DNA of 64,000 bases. It comes from Azolla caroliniana (taxonomy: Eukaryota; Plantae; Polypodiophyta). Below, one piece after another: positions 11,505 through 23,809 of the stretch; position 1 is the stretch's first letter; each line of letters opens with the position of its first letter. The notes below the pieces were generated by a model. It was not told where the DNA came from. It was given only the letters and a program-made list of their open reading frames with translations, and searched no databases. The translations under genes and the position numbers were made by a program. Location: contig JBHGNT010000013.1 of the NCBI GenBank assembly GCA_043228905.1, forward strand, positions 11,408,001-11,472,000. The letters are read 5' to 3'.

Positions 11505-14500
11505 GGACACTCGAGGAAGACCCCACGACTGTACGATAGAACCGAAACCGAAGAAACCTTGTACGATAGGTAGGAAATTTTGCTTCTCCAACAACGGAGG
11601 GTGTATGATGGTCGGCATCGTTGGCCGAGAAAGGGCAAGGGCGGAGGAGCGACTTTGAGCGTGCGGAGTTCTCGGCCCAGACGAGGAAATCAGCGGGGCC
11701 GTGGAGGCGGTCTCCTTCGATGACACCTTGGGGATGCTGAGGAAGGTAGCCGGAGAAGACCTTAACGAAGACCGGACGATACCGGTATGTTCCGAAGAGA
11801 TATACGGAGTCATCGCGGACTTCAGTTAGGGGCTCGGGTCGGATCAGACAGCCCGGGTTAGCACGAAGTACGAGACTGTGGACCGGAAGGTAAGGCCAGT
11901 CGCGGCACCCTTACCAGAGGGCAGCGAGTCCCGAATCAGAGGGGTTGCGTCGGACCCCAGTTTACGAGATCCGGCCTGCATAGGACACACCTTCACCGAC
12001 GGGACGCTCCGGGAGCTCAAAATCGGTGGGGGCGGGTTCCTACTGCCGGCGGAGGGAGACCGGTTTCGGAGAATGCTTGGAAGGCACAAGAAAGCCTTCG
12101 CATTCTCACCGGAAGAGATCGGGTGCGTAGACCCGACAATCGTGGAGCCGATGGTGATATTCACGGTACCGCATGTGTCGTGGAATCTCAAGCCGATTCC
12201 AGTACCGAGAGCTCACATCCCAAAGTTGATGGAGCTATTGAGGCAGAAAGTCGATATGGGCATTCTCGAACTGTCGAGTGCCCCATACTCGAACCGATGG
12301 TTTACTGTACCAAAGAAAAACGGAACATTGCCCTTCATTCAAGACCTGCAGCTGGTCAACAGAGTGACCATTCGGAACGCAGGAATCGGACCGACCATAG
12401 ACGAGTTCGTGGAGGCCTTCGCCGGAAGGTCGATTTATTCGGTCGGTGATCTGTACTCGGGGTACGACCAGTTCCAGCTAGCCGTGGAGAGCAGAGACAT
12501 TACGACGATGCGAACTCTCCTCGGCCTAGTGCGAATGTGTACCCTGCCACAAGGAGGGACCGACTCGGTGGCCCACATGGTGAATGCAATGAACAAGGTA
12601 CTGAGGGATTGCATCCCGAACATCACCATGCCATTTCTGGATGACATCCCGATAAAGGGGTGCCCGGTGGAAGAGAAGGACGAGACAGTCGGGCCGGACG
12701 GATGCCGGCGATTCGTGGCAACACACATCGACGACTGCGAGAAGGTGCTACAAAGGCTAGAGGATGCGAGGTTCACCTTCTTCGGGGAGAAATCGGCTTT
12801 CGGGCAATCAGAAATCCTGGTGGTCGGACACCTGTGTGGACCGTATGGCCGGAAGCCGTCTCTGGCAAAAGTGGAAGCCATCTCCGCGATGAAGACCGAC
12901 TGTAGCTCGGTTACGGAAGTTCGAAGGTTCTTGGGGGCATGCGTGTTCTACCACATATGGATCCCGCATTACGCCCACGTTGCGGAGCCGCTATACGGGT
13001 TGCTGAAAAAGGGGCGAAAATTCGAGTGGCGAGACGAGCACACGGAGTCGGTCCGGAAGCTAAAGGAAGCTCTTGCGGTAGCACCGGCGCTCCGGAAGGC
13101 TGTCTACGAGAAGGGTACCCCAGTATACATAACGGTGGATACGAGTCCGACCGGGATCGGATGGGTCGTCAACCAAGAAGACGGGGACGGCATTCGGTTC
13201 CCGATCCGATTCGGCGCGAAGGTCCTCAGTGAGCGACAGTGAGGGTACGCCCAGGTTAAACGCGAACTCTGGGGTATCGTTTCGGCAGTAAAGGCCGACA
13301 AAGACTACCTGATCGGGACAGAAGTGATTATCGAGACGGATTGCCTGCCAATTCTCGGCATGGTTTCCGGATGCGCGACACCGGACCTGGCGATGCTCAG
13401 GTGGATAGCGTACATCAAGTCCCTGGACCCGGAAATACGGCACATTTCCGGAAAGGACAACGCCATGGCCGACATGCTTTCGAGGGCGAGGTTTGATGAC
13501 GAGGGCAGCATGGTTTCGGAGGACGAAGAAGTCGGTGTGGACTTCTTCAAGGCGGCGTACGTGACGACCGATGGGACGAGCACTCCGGCATTTAACGACT
13601 TCGACGAGAGCAAGTACGACGGCGAGTGGCTCCAGATCGGTGGATTTTTGAGGACAATGACGCCGGATGCGTCATGGACGAAGGACGAGGCCAACCGGAT
13701 CCGGAAGAAAGCTTACCGATTCTTTCTCCGAGACGGATACTTATGGAAGCACCCGAAGAAGAAGAACGGCGTCCCGCTCCGGGTGGTGGCGATAAAGGAA
13801 GAACAGGAGGAGCTGCTGACGGCCTACCACGACAGCCCTTGGGCTGGACACCGTGGAACGTGGGCCACGTTCGAGAAGATAAAAGGGAAGTACTGGTGGC
13901 CGGGACTGTACCGGGACGTGCATCGGTTCGTGAGAACTTGCGAGAGCTGTTAGATGCACTCCATAGTCCGACATCGGGACGGGCTTTACCCTACGTACCC
14001 TCCGACCATCCACTTCAAATGGATGGTAGACCTGGTGACGATGCCGATGGGAGTAGGACAGATGCGGTATCTGGTCCTGGCTCGAGAAGATCTAACGAAC
14101 CAGGTGGAAGGCCGAGCCCTTCAGAACAAAACAATCGCGGCCGTATGTCGGTTCCTGATCGAGGACGTGATATGCCGGTACGGGTGCGTCGGGAAGATCG
14201 TGGCTGATCGCGGGGAGTTGGACGCCGAAGAAGCCGAGGAGTTGTTCGACCGGTTAGGAGTCAAGCTCTCTCTTACCACTGCGTACAATCCGGAGGCGAA
14301 TGGAAAGGTGGAGCGTGGACACGGACCGATCGTCAAGGAGTTAGTTCGGGCATGCGGAGGTCAAGTCGGGAACTAGCCGCGGCTGCTGCCTTACGCGTTG
14401 TGGGTTGACCGAACTACGCACAGTTCGGTAACCGGATTCATGCCGGCAAAGCTCATGTTTGGGCAGAAGCCAATCATGCCGATGGAACGTACAATCTTCT

Positions 14501-14964
14501 CATGGGCAACCGTGGACTGGAGAGACGAGATGAGCCGGGAGGAACTGCTGGCGGCGCGCATACGACAGCTCGAGCGAAGACCGGAGGACGTGGAGCAGGC
14601 TGCGGGAAAGCTTCAGGTGGCAAGCACGAGGAACAAAGCCCGGTTCGACCGGATGCACCGGCTCTGACCGAAGAAGATCGAGGAAGGCGACTGGGTGCTA
14701 GTCTATGACAGCAACCTCGACAACCAGCACCGAGCGACATGGAAGTTCGCAAGAAGGTGGTTCGGGCCTTACGTGGTACAAAGCGCCAACGACAACGGGA
14801 CGTACCATCTGGCGGAACTCGACGGCACGAGAATGGCGATACCGGTAGCTGGGAAGCAGATCAAAGCGTTCAAGAAGCGTCACGACGACGAGCCGGATCC
14901 GGATAACCTGGACCAGGACGACGAACGATCCGAAACTGAAGAAGAACCGACGGGCGGGGAATAA
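11461..14964 (+). pseudogene. Gypsy ORF2 (RT, RNase H, integrase) in the -1 frame, with internal stops
   Basis: Pieces 11878-13242, 13324-13953, 13954-14376, 14398-14667 and 14695-14964 share one frame. Motifs DLYSGYDQ, PFLDDIPIKG, VDTSPTG, HHCC (YHDSPWAGHRG...CESC), ADRGE, NGKVER, WFGPY. No chromodomain. Confidence 0.88.
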
Positions 14965-15808
14965 AGGCCGGACCGGTTTTCTCCGTCCCAACTCAATTTG
15001 GCGCATGCCGGTGGATGCGCGGTTAGGTGGGGGCGGATGTCGTGAAGAAAACCGTCCACGAGCGGAATCGGTGCGCCGGAGCATAGGAACCGGCTCTTCA
15101 TGCACGTACGCCTTGTGTTGTACATAGGAGAGAATTAGGGACATGGAAGATCCTAGGTAGGTAGATTCGGTAGGTAGGAAGTTAATAGGAAACGGCTCCC
15201 TTCTTGCCTATAAAAGGAGAGAGACGAGGAGGAGGAATGTATCGCGGAATCAGAGAGGACGAAGTGTTGTCGGGCTGCCGGTCGAAGGCTTCTCTCTCTT
15301 CCATACTCCATAGCTTCTTTCTGTGCAGGTTTCGGGAGGCTCGCGCTGCTCTGAGGAATGCCCGAGTGCTTCCGGCAGCACCTCCAACCTACACCTTTCT
15401 TTCTGTGCGTTTACGAACAGGCATCGGCATCTATTCGTCGGCCTGTTCGGTTGTAACCGACTTCGTGCTTCTTGTTGTTGTCTTTGTTAATACATACATA
15501 CATTCGTGTCTCTCTGTGTCGCTGTCCCACTCGCGTCTTTGTGTCGAAAGGCCGTGTCCCTGTGAATCTACGCTCGCACGTAGTGGGTCTCTTTTCCTTT
15601 CTCTCTTGCTCTTCGGTACAGGACCCCCGAGGTCCCGCCTCATTCCACGCATCCGCGAGGAATACCTCGACACCGGTTCATCAAAGCTTCCGCATATGAA
15701 CTTTAACATATTGGTGGTACCAGTGGCAAGAGGGTGGCATCTCCATTAGATGGATATGAGGAATGTGTTTCTTCAAGGAGATCTTGAAGAACAAGTATAC
15801 ATGTTCGA

Positions 15809-16328
15809 TGTTAGGAAACAAGTCCCCTCCGGATGGGAAGTGAGAAGAACCGTGTTGATGAGCAACTCGGCCGAGGCCGATAGGCCAAGGCCGAATCCGG
15901 AAATCGTGGAGATAGCCAACACGGAAGGCTAAACTTGTAAATAGTCGAAAGGTTACATTAGTATATAAGTACTTAGGGCAATCATGTTAAAGTAGAGTGC
16001 GTTATTGTAAAGTTACGGTAGACGGGGTTGTTGCCTCTATAACTGTGAGAGTGATCGAGTGTGAGTGGAAGCGTGTGAGCTCCATAGCCGCCTGTTGGCG
16101 AAGCAGGATCTCGAGTTCGTTGCCTCTGAGATCTCTGATTGTATTCCTTTCTCTCATAGTGTTCTGTTTCAGAGTTTGTGGACTCCACGTGGTTTTTTCC
16201 CAGTTCGGGTTTCCATGTTAAAATCTGTGTCATTCTCAGTTTCTGTATTCTGTTTTTCCTTTCCATTAGATTGAATATTAGTCCACACACGTACAACTGG
16301 TTGTGGCCGGCAACGATTTTTCCTTTCA
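15809..16328 (+). mobile_element. Solo LTR related to copia family A
   Basis: TGTTAGGAAACAAGTCCCCTCCGGATGGG...TTTCA; flanks TTCGA/GTCGA; family-B RT continues on both sides. Confidence 0.83.
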
Positions 16329-17653
16329 GTCGAGCCACTCGATTTCAGTTAGAGGTGAACAAGTCGGCAATATGTTGACAGAACAAGTCGTTGTATGACA
16401 TTATGCAAGCCCCCTGTGCTTGGAACTCGAAGATCACGCATCGGTTGCATAAGATGGGGTTTGTGACCTCCAAATCTGACTCCTCTCAGTTCATCGGGAA
16501 AGGTCCGAAGGGCCCGATTTTGCATTCAGTTGTACGTAGACGACATGGTCTTCACCGGCCCCGACCTTGTTGAAATCGATCGAATAAAGTTCCAGCTATC
16601 GGACACATTCGATTTGAAGGACCTGGGGGACCTTCACTACTTCCTCGGGATGGAAGTGATCCACACCCCTGACGGCATATTGTTGTGTCGACGACACTAT
16701 GTACTAAATATGATGTACAAGTTCGGTATGACGGATTGACGATCTGTCTCTACTCCCGTTGATAGAAACCTAAAGCTTCGTCCCGACTCGGGACCGACCT
16801 GTGATGAGAAACAGTTCCAAAAATTTCTCAGAAGCCTTATATATTTAACTATCACCCGACATGACCTTAGCTATATGTTCAGAGTGATAAGTCGGTTCAT
16901 GTAGTGACCAACTGTCGAGCACCTTTAGTGTGCATATGGACTATTGCGATATGTGAGCGGCACGAAGGATCAGGGACTGTTGTACCACACGGTATAGCCG
17001 AGATGTGTTGGATCATTGGTCGACATCAGGTTTCATGTTTTCTCTTGGGAGCGCGACTGTAGCTTGGAGTAGCAAGCAACCTAACAGTGGCCTTGTCAAG
17101 CACCGAAGCTGAGTATTGAGGCGCCACCGTTGCAACTTGTAAGGCTATATGTCTCCGGTGATTGTTGCAAGACTTAAGGGTTGAAGTTCTTACTCCAATT
17201 CCGATCTACTGCTACAACATCAGTAACATACAGCTGGCAAAGAACCTTGTTTTCCATGCTCACACGAAGCACATAGAAGTGCATTATCACTTTGTGCGCG
17301 AGCGGGTCTTGAGCGGTGAAGTCGAACTCTGGTATGTTCGAACTGATTGGCAGGTGGCCGACATCTTCACCAAGGCGCTCAGATCAGACAAGTTGCAACA
17401 CTTTTCAGAGATGCTTGGTTTACAACAGCTCGACGTGCCACAACAACAACAAAGGAGCTGAGATGGGCCTTATGAGCAGACATGCTAACCGAGAAGGTCG
17501 AGGTGAGCGGAATTGGACGGGTCGTGGAAAGCGGAACCGGGCTGTTGAGGAGCACGAGCAAGGCGAGAGGACACTAGGAGGAGTTGGAGGAGAGGACTAG
17601 CTACCACAGACATAGACACCACGATCCGACCTCAAGTTGAGCTTGAGGGGGAG

Positions 17654-18077
17654 TGTTGAGCGGACAAGATCAACCGGATCCGGATCAGCTGAATAAGCTA
17701 GAGTCGAATTGGAGTCCGGAATGAAGAGCTAGATCGGTGTCTGAATGGTATCCGGAACCAGGAGTTGGATCGGATTGTAACTGGTAGGCCGTTAGATGTC
17801 TACAATCTTAGCCTAGTACGTAGGCAGATTCCTGGGAGTTAGTGTCAGTCGCTCGTATGAGCATTGAAGTACTTGTCAGTCCTTTATGGGCTCGTATAAA
17901 TGTGCTCACTGAGCACATTGTATGTACATAGTGTTATTATTTTGATTTGAGTTTCATGTTGTTCTACTCTCTCTGTGTCTCTCCCGTTCTTTGTCTGACT
18001 GATACAAGCTTCCATTAAACTTGTGTGTATTTTCTATTGCTATCTGGATAAACCAGTTCCACATATTCACTTTAACG
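17654..18077 (+). repeat. Family-B LTR shared by two tandem elements
   Basis: Preceded by a PPT and immediately followed by PBS TGGTATCAGAGC (18078-18089). Confidence 0.85.
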
Positions 18078-18522
18078 TGGTATCAGAGCATGAGGGTTGA
18101 GAACCTCTGCAACCGATGAGCGATTTCTGAAGACAAACCCTAACACCCGGTAGAGAACCGAAAAGAAGGAAGATATAGACAGAAATATGGCGAGCTTGCT
18201 TCCTATAGAAAAGCTTGACCGGAGCAACTATGCGTCCTGGTTGTGTAAAATTTACTAGTACTTGTTGGGGCACGAATATTGGAGATACGTGGAAGGAGCA
18301 AATGTAGCGGTGTCGGATTCAACACACAAGGACTTCCCGGCATGGGAGCAAGGAGTGAGCAGAGTGTTGTATTGCCTCGCGTCCTGTGTGCATGACCAAA
18401 TGCTCGGCTACATCAGAGATGCAAAGTCACCGAAGGAGGCATGGGAAAATCTCCGAAAGATTTTCGCCACAAGTACCGCGACTCAGAAGTTGCAGCTCCG
18501 ACAAGAGCTCAACAATGTACGG
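18078..18522 (+). pseudogene. PBS and 5' part of gag of a second family-B copia
   Basis: Reads MASLLPIEKLDRSNYASW...LLGHEYW...KLQLRQELNNVR, then is cut by LTR X. Confidence 0.82.
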
Positions 18523-19055
18523 TGTCGTGTGGGTTTTCACACATGATATGAAAAAGAATGAAATAATTATTTTAGATTAGCTTAATGGCTTGGTACGAAA
18601 AGATGGATGTCTTCAAGAGCTTCGAAACGCATTTTATTGTATGAAACAGACAACTACGTATCAAGTTATGTGTGTATGAAGCTGGAGAAGATGGGGGAAC
18701 AGAACTATAAGATATCCCACATTAATAGGAAAACATCGGATCCAATAGTATATAAGTAGACCTAGAATCCATCAATTTATATCTGGGCATCCGGAGCACG
18801 GGCCAAACTGTTTGGAATGGCCGGAACGGTTGAATTGCTTGGAATGACCGGAACGGTTCAGAACGGCCAAACTACTTGGAACGATCCAGGCGATCCGTAG
18901 TGCACGGGCCAAACTGTACGGATGATAGGATGATGTGACTGAATTGTAAGGAGAGTCACATGTGGGACGCATGCAACTGAACGTGGAGGCCATGCAACTA
19001 AAGTAAACGCCATGTGGGACCCATGTAACTAGTCTGGAGATGTAAACTGGAGTTC
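18523..19055 (+). mobile_element. 5' part of a family-X LTR
   Basis: Starts TG; homologous to 5059-5187(-); short internal repeats (GGCCAAACTG, CCGGAACGGTT); interrupted by copia A2. Confidence 0.62.
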
Positions 19056-22000
19056 TGTTGGGAATATATCCCTCTCGTGGGAGGAGCTGACTATCTAGAA
19101 GTAGCCGACAATCGAAGATAAGGAAGAGCCGATTGTTCGGGCCGAGGAGAGCCGACAGTCAAAGAGTTAACAAATAGGGAGTTGATTGATTAACAGTTGG
19201 CTATTTTTATTATAGTTATAATAATAGTAGCGATGTGTAGTAGGGGCTACACTTGTAAATAGCCCATATGAGGTATTAGTATAAATACGCCTAGGGAAAA
19301 TGTATAGTTGTGTGATCCTTTGTTGTAGAGAACGACAGAGAAGAGTGAGAACGGGGGGGAGAGACTGTGTGAGCGACGCCATAGCCGTGTTCTGTAAGAG
19401 CCCTATGTGGCTGATACACTCAAATCAGAGAGTGTTGTACTCTAATCCCGTCCTTGTATATCCATTATATATAGTGAAGCTTTGTTCTTCATGGTTTTCT
19501 CCCGCTTCAGGGTTTCCAGGTAAAATCAATGCATATTGTCTTCTGTGTTTCCCAACTGTGTATTTCAGTGCATTCCTTTTATTGCGGATTGATGATTCGT
19601 TTCCCGACAAACTGGTATCAGAGCTTGAGGTGCAAGCATGGAAGGAGGTGTGAGAGGCTTCCCAGGAATGATAGTTTTGAACTCTCAGAACTATGCAAAT
19701 TGGAAGATAAAGATGGAGGATCTTCTCATAGTCAAAGACCTGTACGAGCCCATCGACAAAGCAAAAATACCCACGGGGGTATTAGAGTCGGAATGGAAAC
19801 TTCTCAACAGAAAGGTGGTGGCCACCATCCGACAGTGCGTCGATGTAAGTGTCCTTCAACATGTGGTGAACGACACGAATGCACACGAGATGTGGCAGAA
19901 ACTGTCAGGTCTATATGAGAGGAAGAACGCCCTCAAGAAAACCTCACTGATGAGAAAGATTGTACGACTGAAATACAGAGACGGTGAGAGCATCGTCAAA
20001 CACATCAACACATTCATGGGGTATGTGAATCAACTTGTTGCAACCAAGTTTCCCCTCGATGATGCCATTCAGGCCATCTTGTTGATGGTGCACACTACCA
20101 GATAGCTAGGAGAACCTAGTGGTTACTCTCAGCACCTCATGTCAAGAAGGGAACTTGTCTTTACAAGTAGTGAAGACAAACATCTTGAATGAGGAAGCGA
20201 GAAGAAAGGACAAGGGTGCTCTAGTCCAGTCTGAGTCAAATTTGACTCAACACATCGGCAGAGGGAGGAACCGGCAAAGGAGTCCACCTAGGAGAGAAAA
20301 GTCTCAAGCCAGGTTGAAGTTCAGAGGTAAGCTCATGTGCTTTTATTGTGGAAAGCCTGGACACTTCCAGAAGGATTGTCGACACATGACAAAAGACAAG
20401 GGTGTCGGAGACAATGTCGAACCTAGGAAGATTCCCGATGAGAAGATCACTTCGGCCATTGCTACGAGCAATGAAGAACTATTGTTCATTTGCGAACAGA
20501 CAAGTGCAAACCTTGCGAGCAAAGAATGCACTTTGGTGATCGACTCTGGTGCATCCTTCCACATAACTCCATCGAGAGAGTATTTCTCGACTTACATAGT
20601 CGGGGATCATGGCTATGTAAAGATGGGTGAGAGTGGAGAGTGCAAATAGCCGGAGTCGGAAGTGTCCACTTGACGACGTCGACAGGGTGTCGGCTAACCC
20701 TGAAGAATGTTCGACACGTCCCTAATATCAGATATATCGACTGGAAGGATGGATGACGAAGGTTACAATGGTAGCTTTCAGAATGGCAAGTGGAAGTTCT
20801 GCTGAGGAAATCTTATAGTGGCCTGAGCACAAAAAGAAGGCACATTATATATGATCAATGTTCGACTGGGCAAGTCAGAAGTGAACGTGGCAGCCGACTC
20901 AATAGGAGAGATATGGCATAAGAGGTTAGGCCACATGAGCGAGAAGGGACTGCATCTGTTAGCCAACTAGAAACTCCTACCAGAAGTCAAGGGAGTGCAC
21001 CTGGAGAAGTGTGTCAATTGCTTAGTCGGAAAATAGAATAGAGCAACATTCCATTGTAGACCACCAAGGACAAGAGAAGTGTCACTAGAACTAGTACACA
21101 CGGATGTGTGCTACATAGATGTTCCGCCACACCGAGGCGGACACTACTTTGTGACCTTTATCGATGACTACAGTCGGAAGTTGTGGGCTTTCATATTAAA
21201 GTCAAAAGATCAAGTATTGTCATTCTTCAAGGAGTTCCGGGCAAGAGTCGAACTAGAGTCGGGTCAAAAGTTGAAGGTTGTCCGAACCAACAATGGTGGT
21301 GAATATAGAGGGCAGTTTGAGAAATACTACAAGGCCCAAGGTATTCGAGTCGAATACATAGTGCCGAAGACCCCTGAGTTGAATGGGCTTGCAGAGAGGA
21401 TGAATCGAACAATCATGGAGAGAGTGAGGAGCATGCTCTCTCATGCTAAATTGTCGAATTCTTATTGGGCTGAGGCGATGTATACAACTGTTTACCTGAT
21501 CAATAGGTCTCCCTCAGTACCATTGAAGGGCGATGTCCCACAGAGGGTCTGGACGGGAAAGGATGTCTCCTACTAGCATCTGAGGGTGTTCGGATGTCTG
21601 GCATATATGCATGTACCGAAGGATCAGAGGGCGAAACTCGACAGTAAGTCGAAAGCATGCATATTCATGGGATACTCTGAAGACGAGTTTGGCTATAGGC
21701 TATGGAACCTAGTCGACAAGAAGGTAGTGAGGTGTCGGGACGTAGTCTTCTTGGAAGACAAGACCATAGAGAACTGGAAGCAACAGAAGTCGGAATCGAC
21801 TAACCAATCAACCTCCACTACTATCGACTTGAGGCCATGTGAACCGGCATAGTCGACGGTTCGGAGACAGCCACTCGGCACAACTGATGCCGAGTTGGTC
21901 GACTCGGAGAGACCGACCGATTATGAGTCTGAGTTGGCATAACTGTTAAGGTCGATCAAGGAATACGAGTTGGAGTCGTCTAACCTTGAGAAGCCAATCG

Positions 22001-23809
22001 ACATATATGAACCCAAGCAAAGAAGAGAGTTGGGAGAGATACTCGAACGAGAGCCGACAACGAGTGGAAGGAGATACCCACTCAGTGAAAGGAGAGCACC
22101 GACAACATATGTCAGTCAATACATCCTCTTGATTGATGAAGGCAAGCCAGAGTGCTATGATGAAGCCATTGTTGATGAGCACAGAGAGAAATAACTGAAC
22201 ACGATGCAAAATGAGATGGACTCCTTGCACAAAAACTACACCTACGACCTAGTAGAACTACCGAAATGTAAGAGAGCACTCAGGAACAAATGGGTCTACA
22301 AGGTGAAGGCTGGAGAAGTTGACAGTGCGTCTAGGTATAAAGCCCGCATTGTGGTGAAGGGTTTCCAACAGAAAAAGGGCGTCGACTTTGACGAAATATT
22401 CGCTCCAGTCGTGAAGATGACATCCATTAGAACTGTTTTGAGCATAGTTGCTAGCATGGATCTGGAGATCGAACAGTTGGATGTCAAGACGACATTCTTG
22501 CACGGGGAGTTGGATGAAGAGATCTACATGTAGCAACCTGAAGGCTTTGTGGAGAAAGGGAAAGAGAATCTGGTGTGTCAACTGAAGAAAAGATTGTACG
22601 GCCTAAAACAAGCTCCACGCCAATGGTACAAGAAGTTCGAGTCCTTCATGGTGGAACATGGGTTCCAGAAAACACAGGCTGATCATTGTGTGTTCATCAA
22701 AAGGTACGATGAAGGTGACTTCTTGATTATCTTATTATATGTTGAGGACATGTTGATAGTCAATCAAGATACAAGGAAGATCGGAAGCTTGAAGAAAGCT
22801 CTAGGCAAGTCATTTGCCATAAAAGATCTTGGTCTGGCTAAACAGATCTTAGGGATGCACATAGTTTGGGACAGAACTAAGAAAGTGCTATGGTTGTCAC
22901 AAGAGAAATACGCGATGAAGATCCTAGAAAGATTCAACATGACAGAAGCAAAGCCAACCAGCTTTGCGTTACCGGCTAACTACAAGTGAAATGCAAGGCA
23001 ATGCCCGAGAAGGGAGAAAGAAAAGGCTGAGTTGAGGAAAGTGCCATATGCCTCGGTCGTCGGCAGTCTAATGTATGCTATGGTCTACACAAGACTAGGC
23101 ATAGCCTTTGCTGTGGGAACAATAAGGCGATACATGAGTAATCCAGGAAGAGAACACTAAGCAACGGTAAAGTGGATACTCAGGTACTTGAAAGGCACCT
23201 CGAGGGTATGCCTAAGGTATGATGTTGGAAAACCCATGCTCTAAAGGTTTATCGACTCAGACATGTTGGGGGATTCAAGCCGATCCACGTCAGGGTACGT
23301 GATGACCTATGCAGGGGGACTAGTGTCGTGGCAGTCACGATTGCAGAAGTCCGTGGCCTTGTCGACCACAGAGGCAGAGGATATGGCGGCGGTAGAGGCC
23401 GGCAAGGAGCTTATTTGGATGAGAAACTTTCTCAACGAGTTGGGAATGAAGCAAAGGGATTTCTTGCTTCACTGTGACAGCCAGAGTGCCATACACCTAG
23501 CCAAGAATGTTGCATACCACTCCCAGACCAAGCACATACAAAGGAGGTATCACTGGTTGTGGGAGAAAGTCGAAGAAGGAGAGTTTACCCTCGTGAAGAT
23601 CCATACCGACGACAATGGATCCGACATGCTGACAAAGAACCTGCTGATGGACATACTCAGAGTTTGTCGACAGAAGACATGAATAACTAACTCCCTCCCA
23701 CAGGAGTGAAGGGGGAGTTTTTTGGGAATATATCCCTCCCGTGGGAGGAGCCGACTATCTAGAAATAGCCGATAATCGAAGACAAGGAAGAGCCGACTGT
23801 TCGGGCTGA
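19056..23809 (+). mobile_element. Older Ty1/copia related to family A (A2), with a truncated 3' LTR
   Basis: 5' LTR 19056-19609; PBS 19613-19624; gag-pol pseudogene about 19638-23682 with many stops; PPT about 23708-23717; only about 90 nt of 3' LTR (23720-23809). Confidence 0.9.

Larger units (their letters stand above)
8666..15672 (+). mobile_element. Complete non-chromovirus Ty3/gypsy LTR retrotransposon (possibly Ylt1-like)
   Basis: LTRs 8666-9300 and 15038-15672, 635 bp each, TG...CA, about 8 transitions apart. PBS 9304-9321; PPT about 15025-15037; domain order gag-PR-RT-RH-IN; flanks CCAG/CCGG. Confidence 0.95.
8251..15708 (+). mobile_element. Solo LTR of family B (8251-8665 plus 15673-15708), split by the gypsy element
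   Basis: Starts TGTTGAGCGGACAAG like 17654 and ends CTTTAACA. Flanks TACTG/TATTG (TSD, 1 mismatch). Host RT reads across it. Confidence 0.85.
5188..18077 (+). mobile_element. Degenerate Ty1/copia, family B, hosting several nested insertions
   Basis: Collinear fragments: gag end and protease WYIDSRASNHMT (about 5200-5870), integrase (about 6200-6702, 7681-7900), RT (about 8090-8250, 15709-15808, 16329-16950; YVDD near 16533), RNase H (about 17050-17440), PPT TTGAGGGGGAG 17643-17653, 3' LTR 17654-18077. Many stops and frameshifts. Confidence 0.88.
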
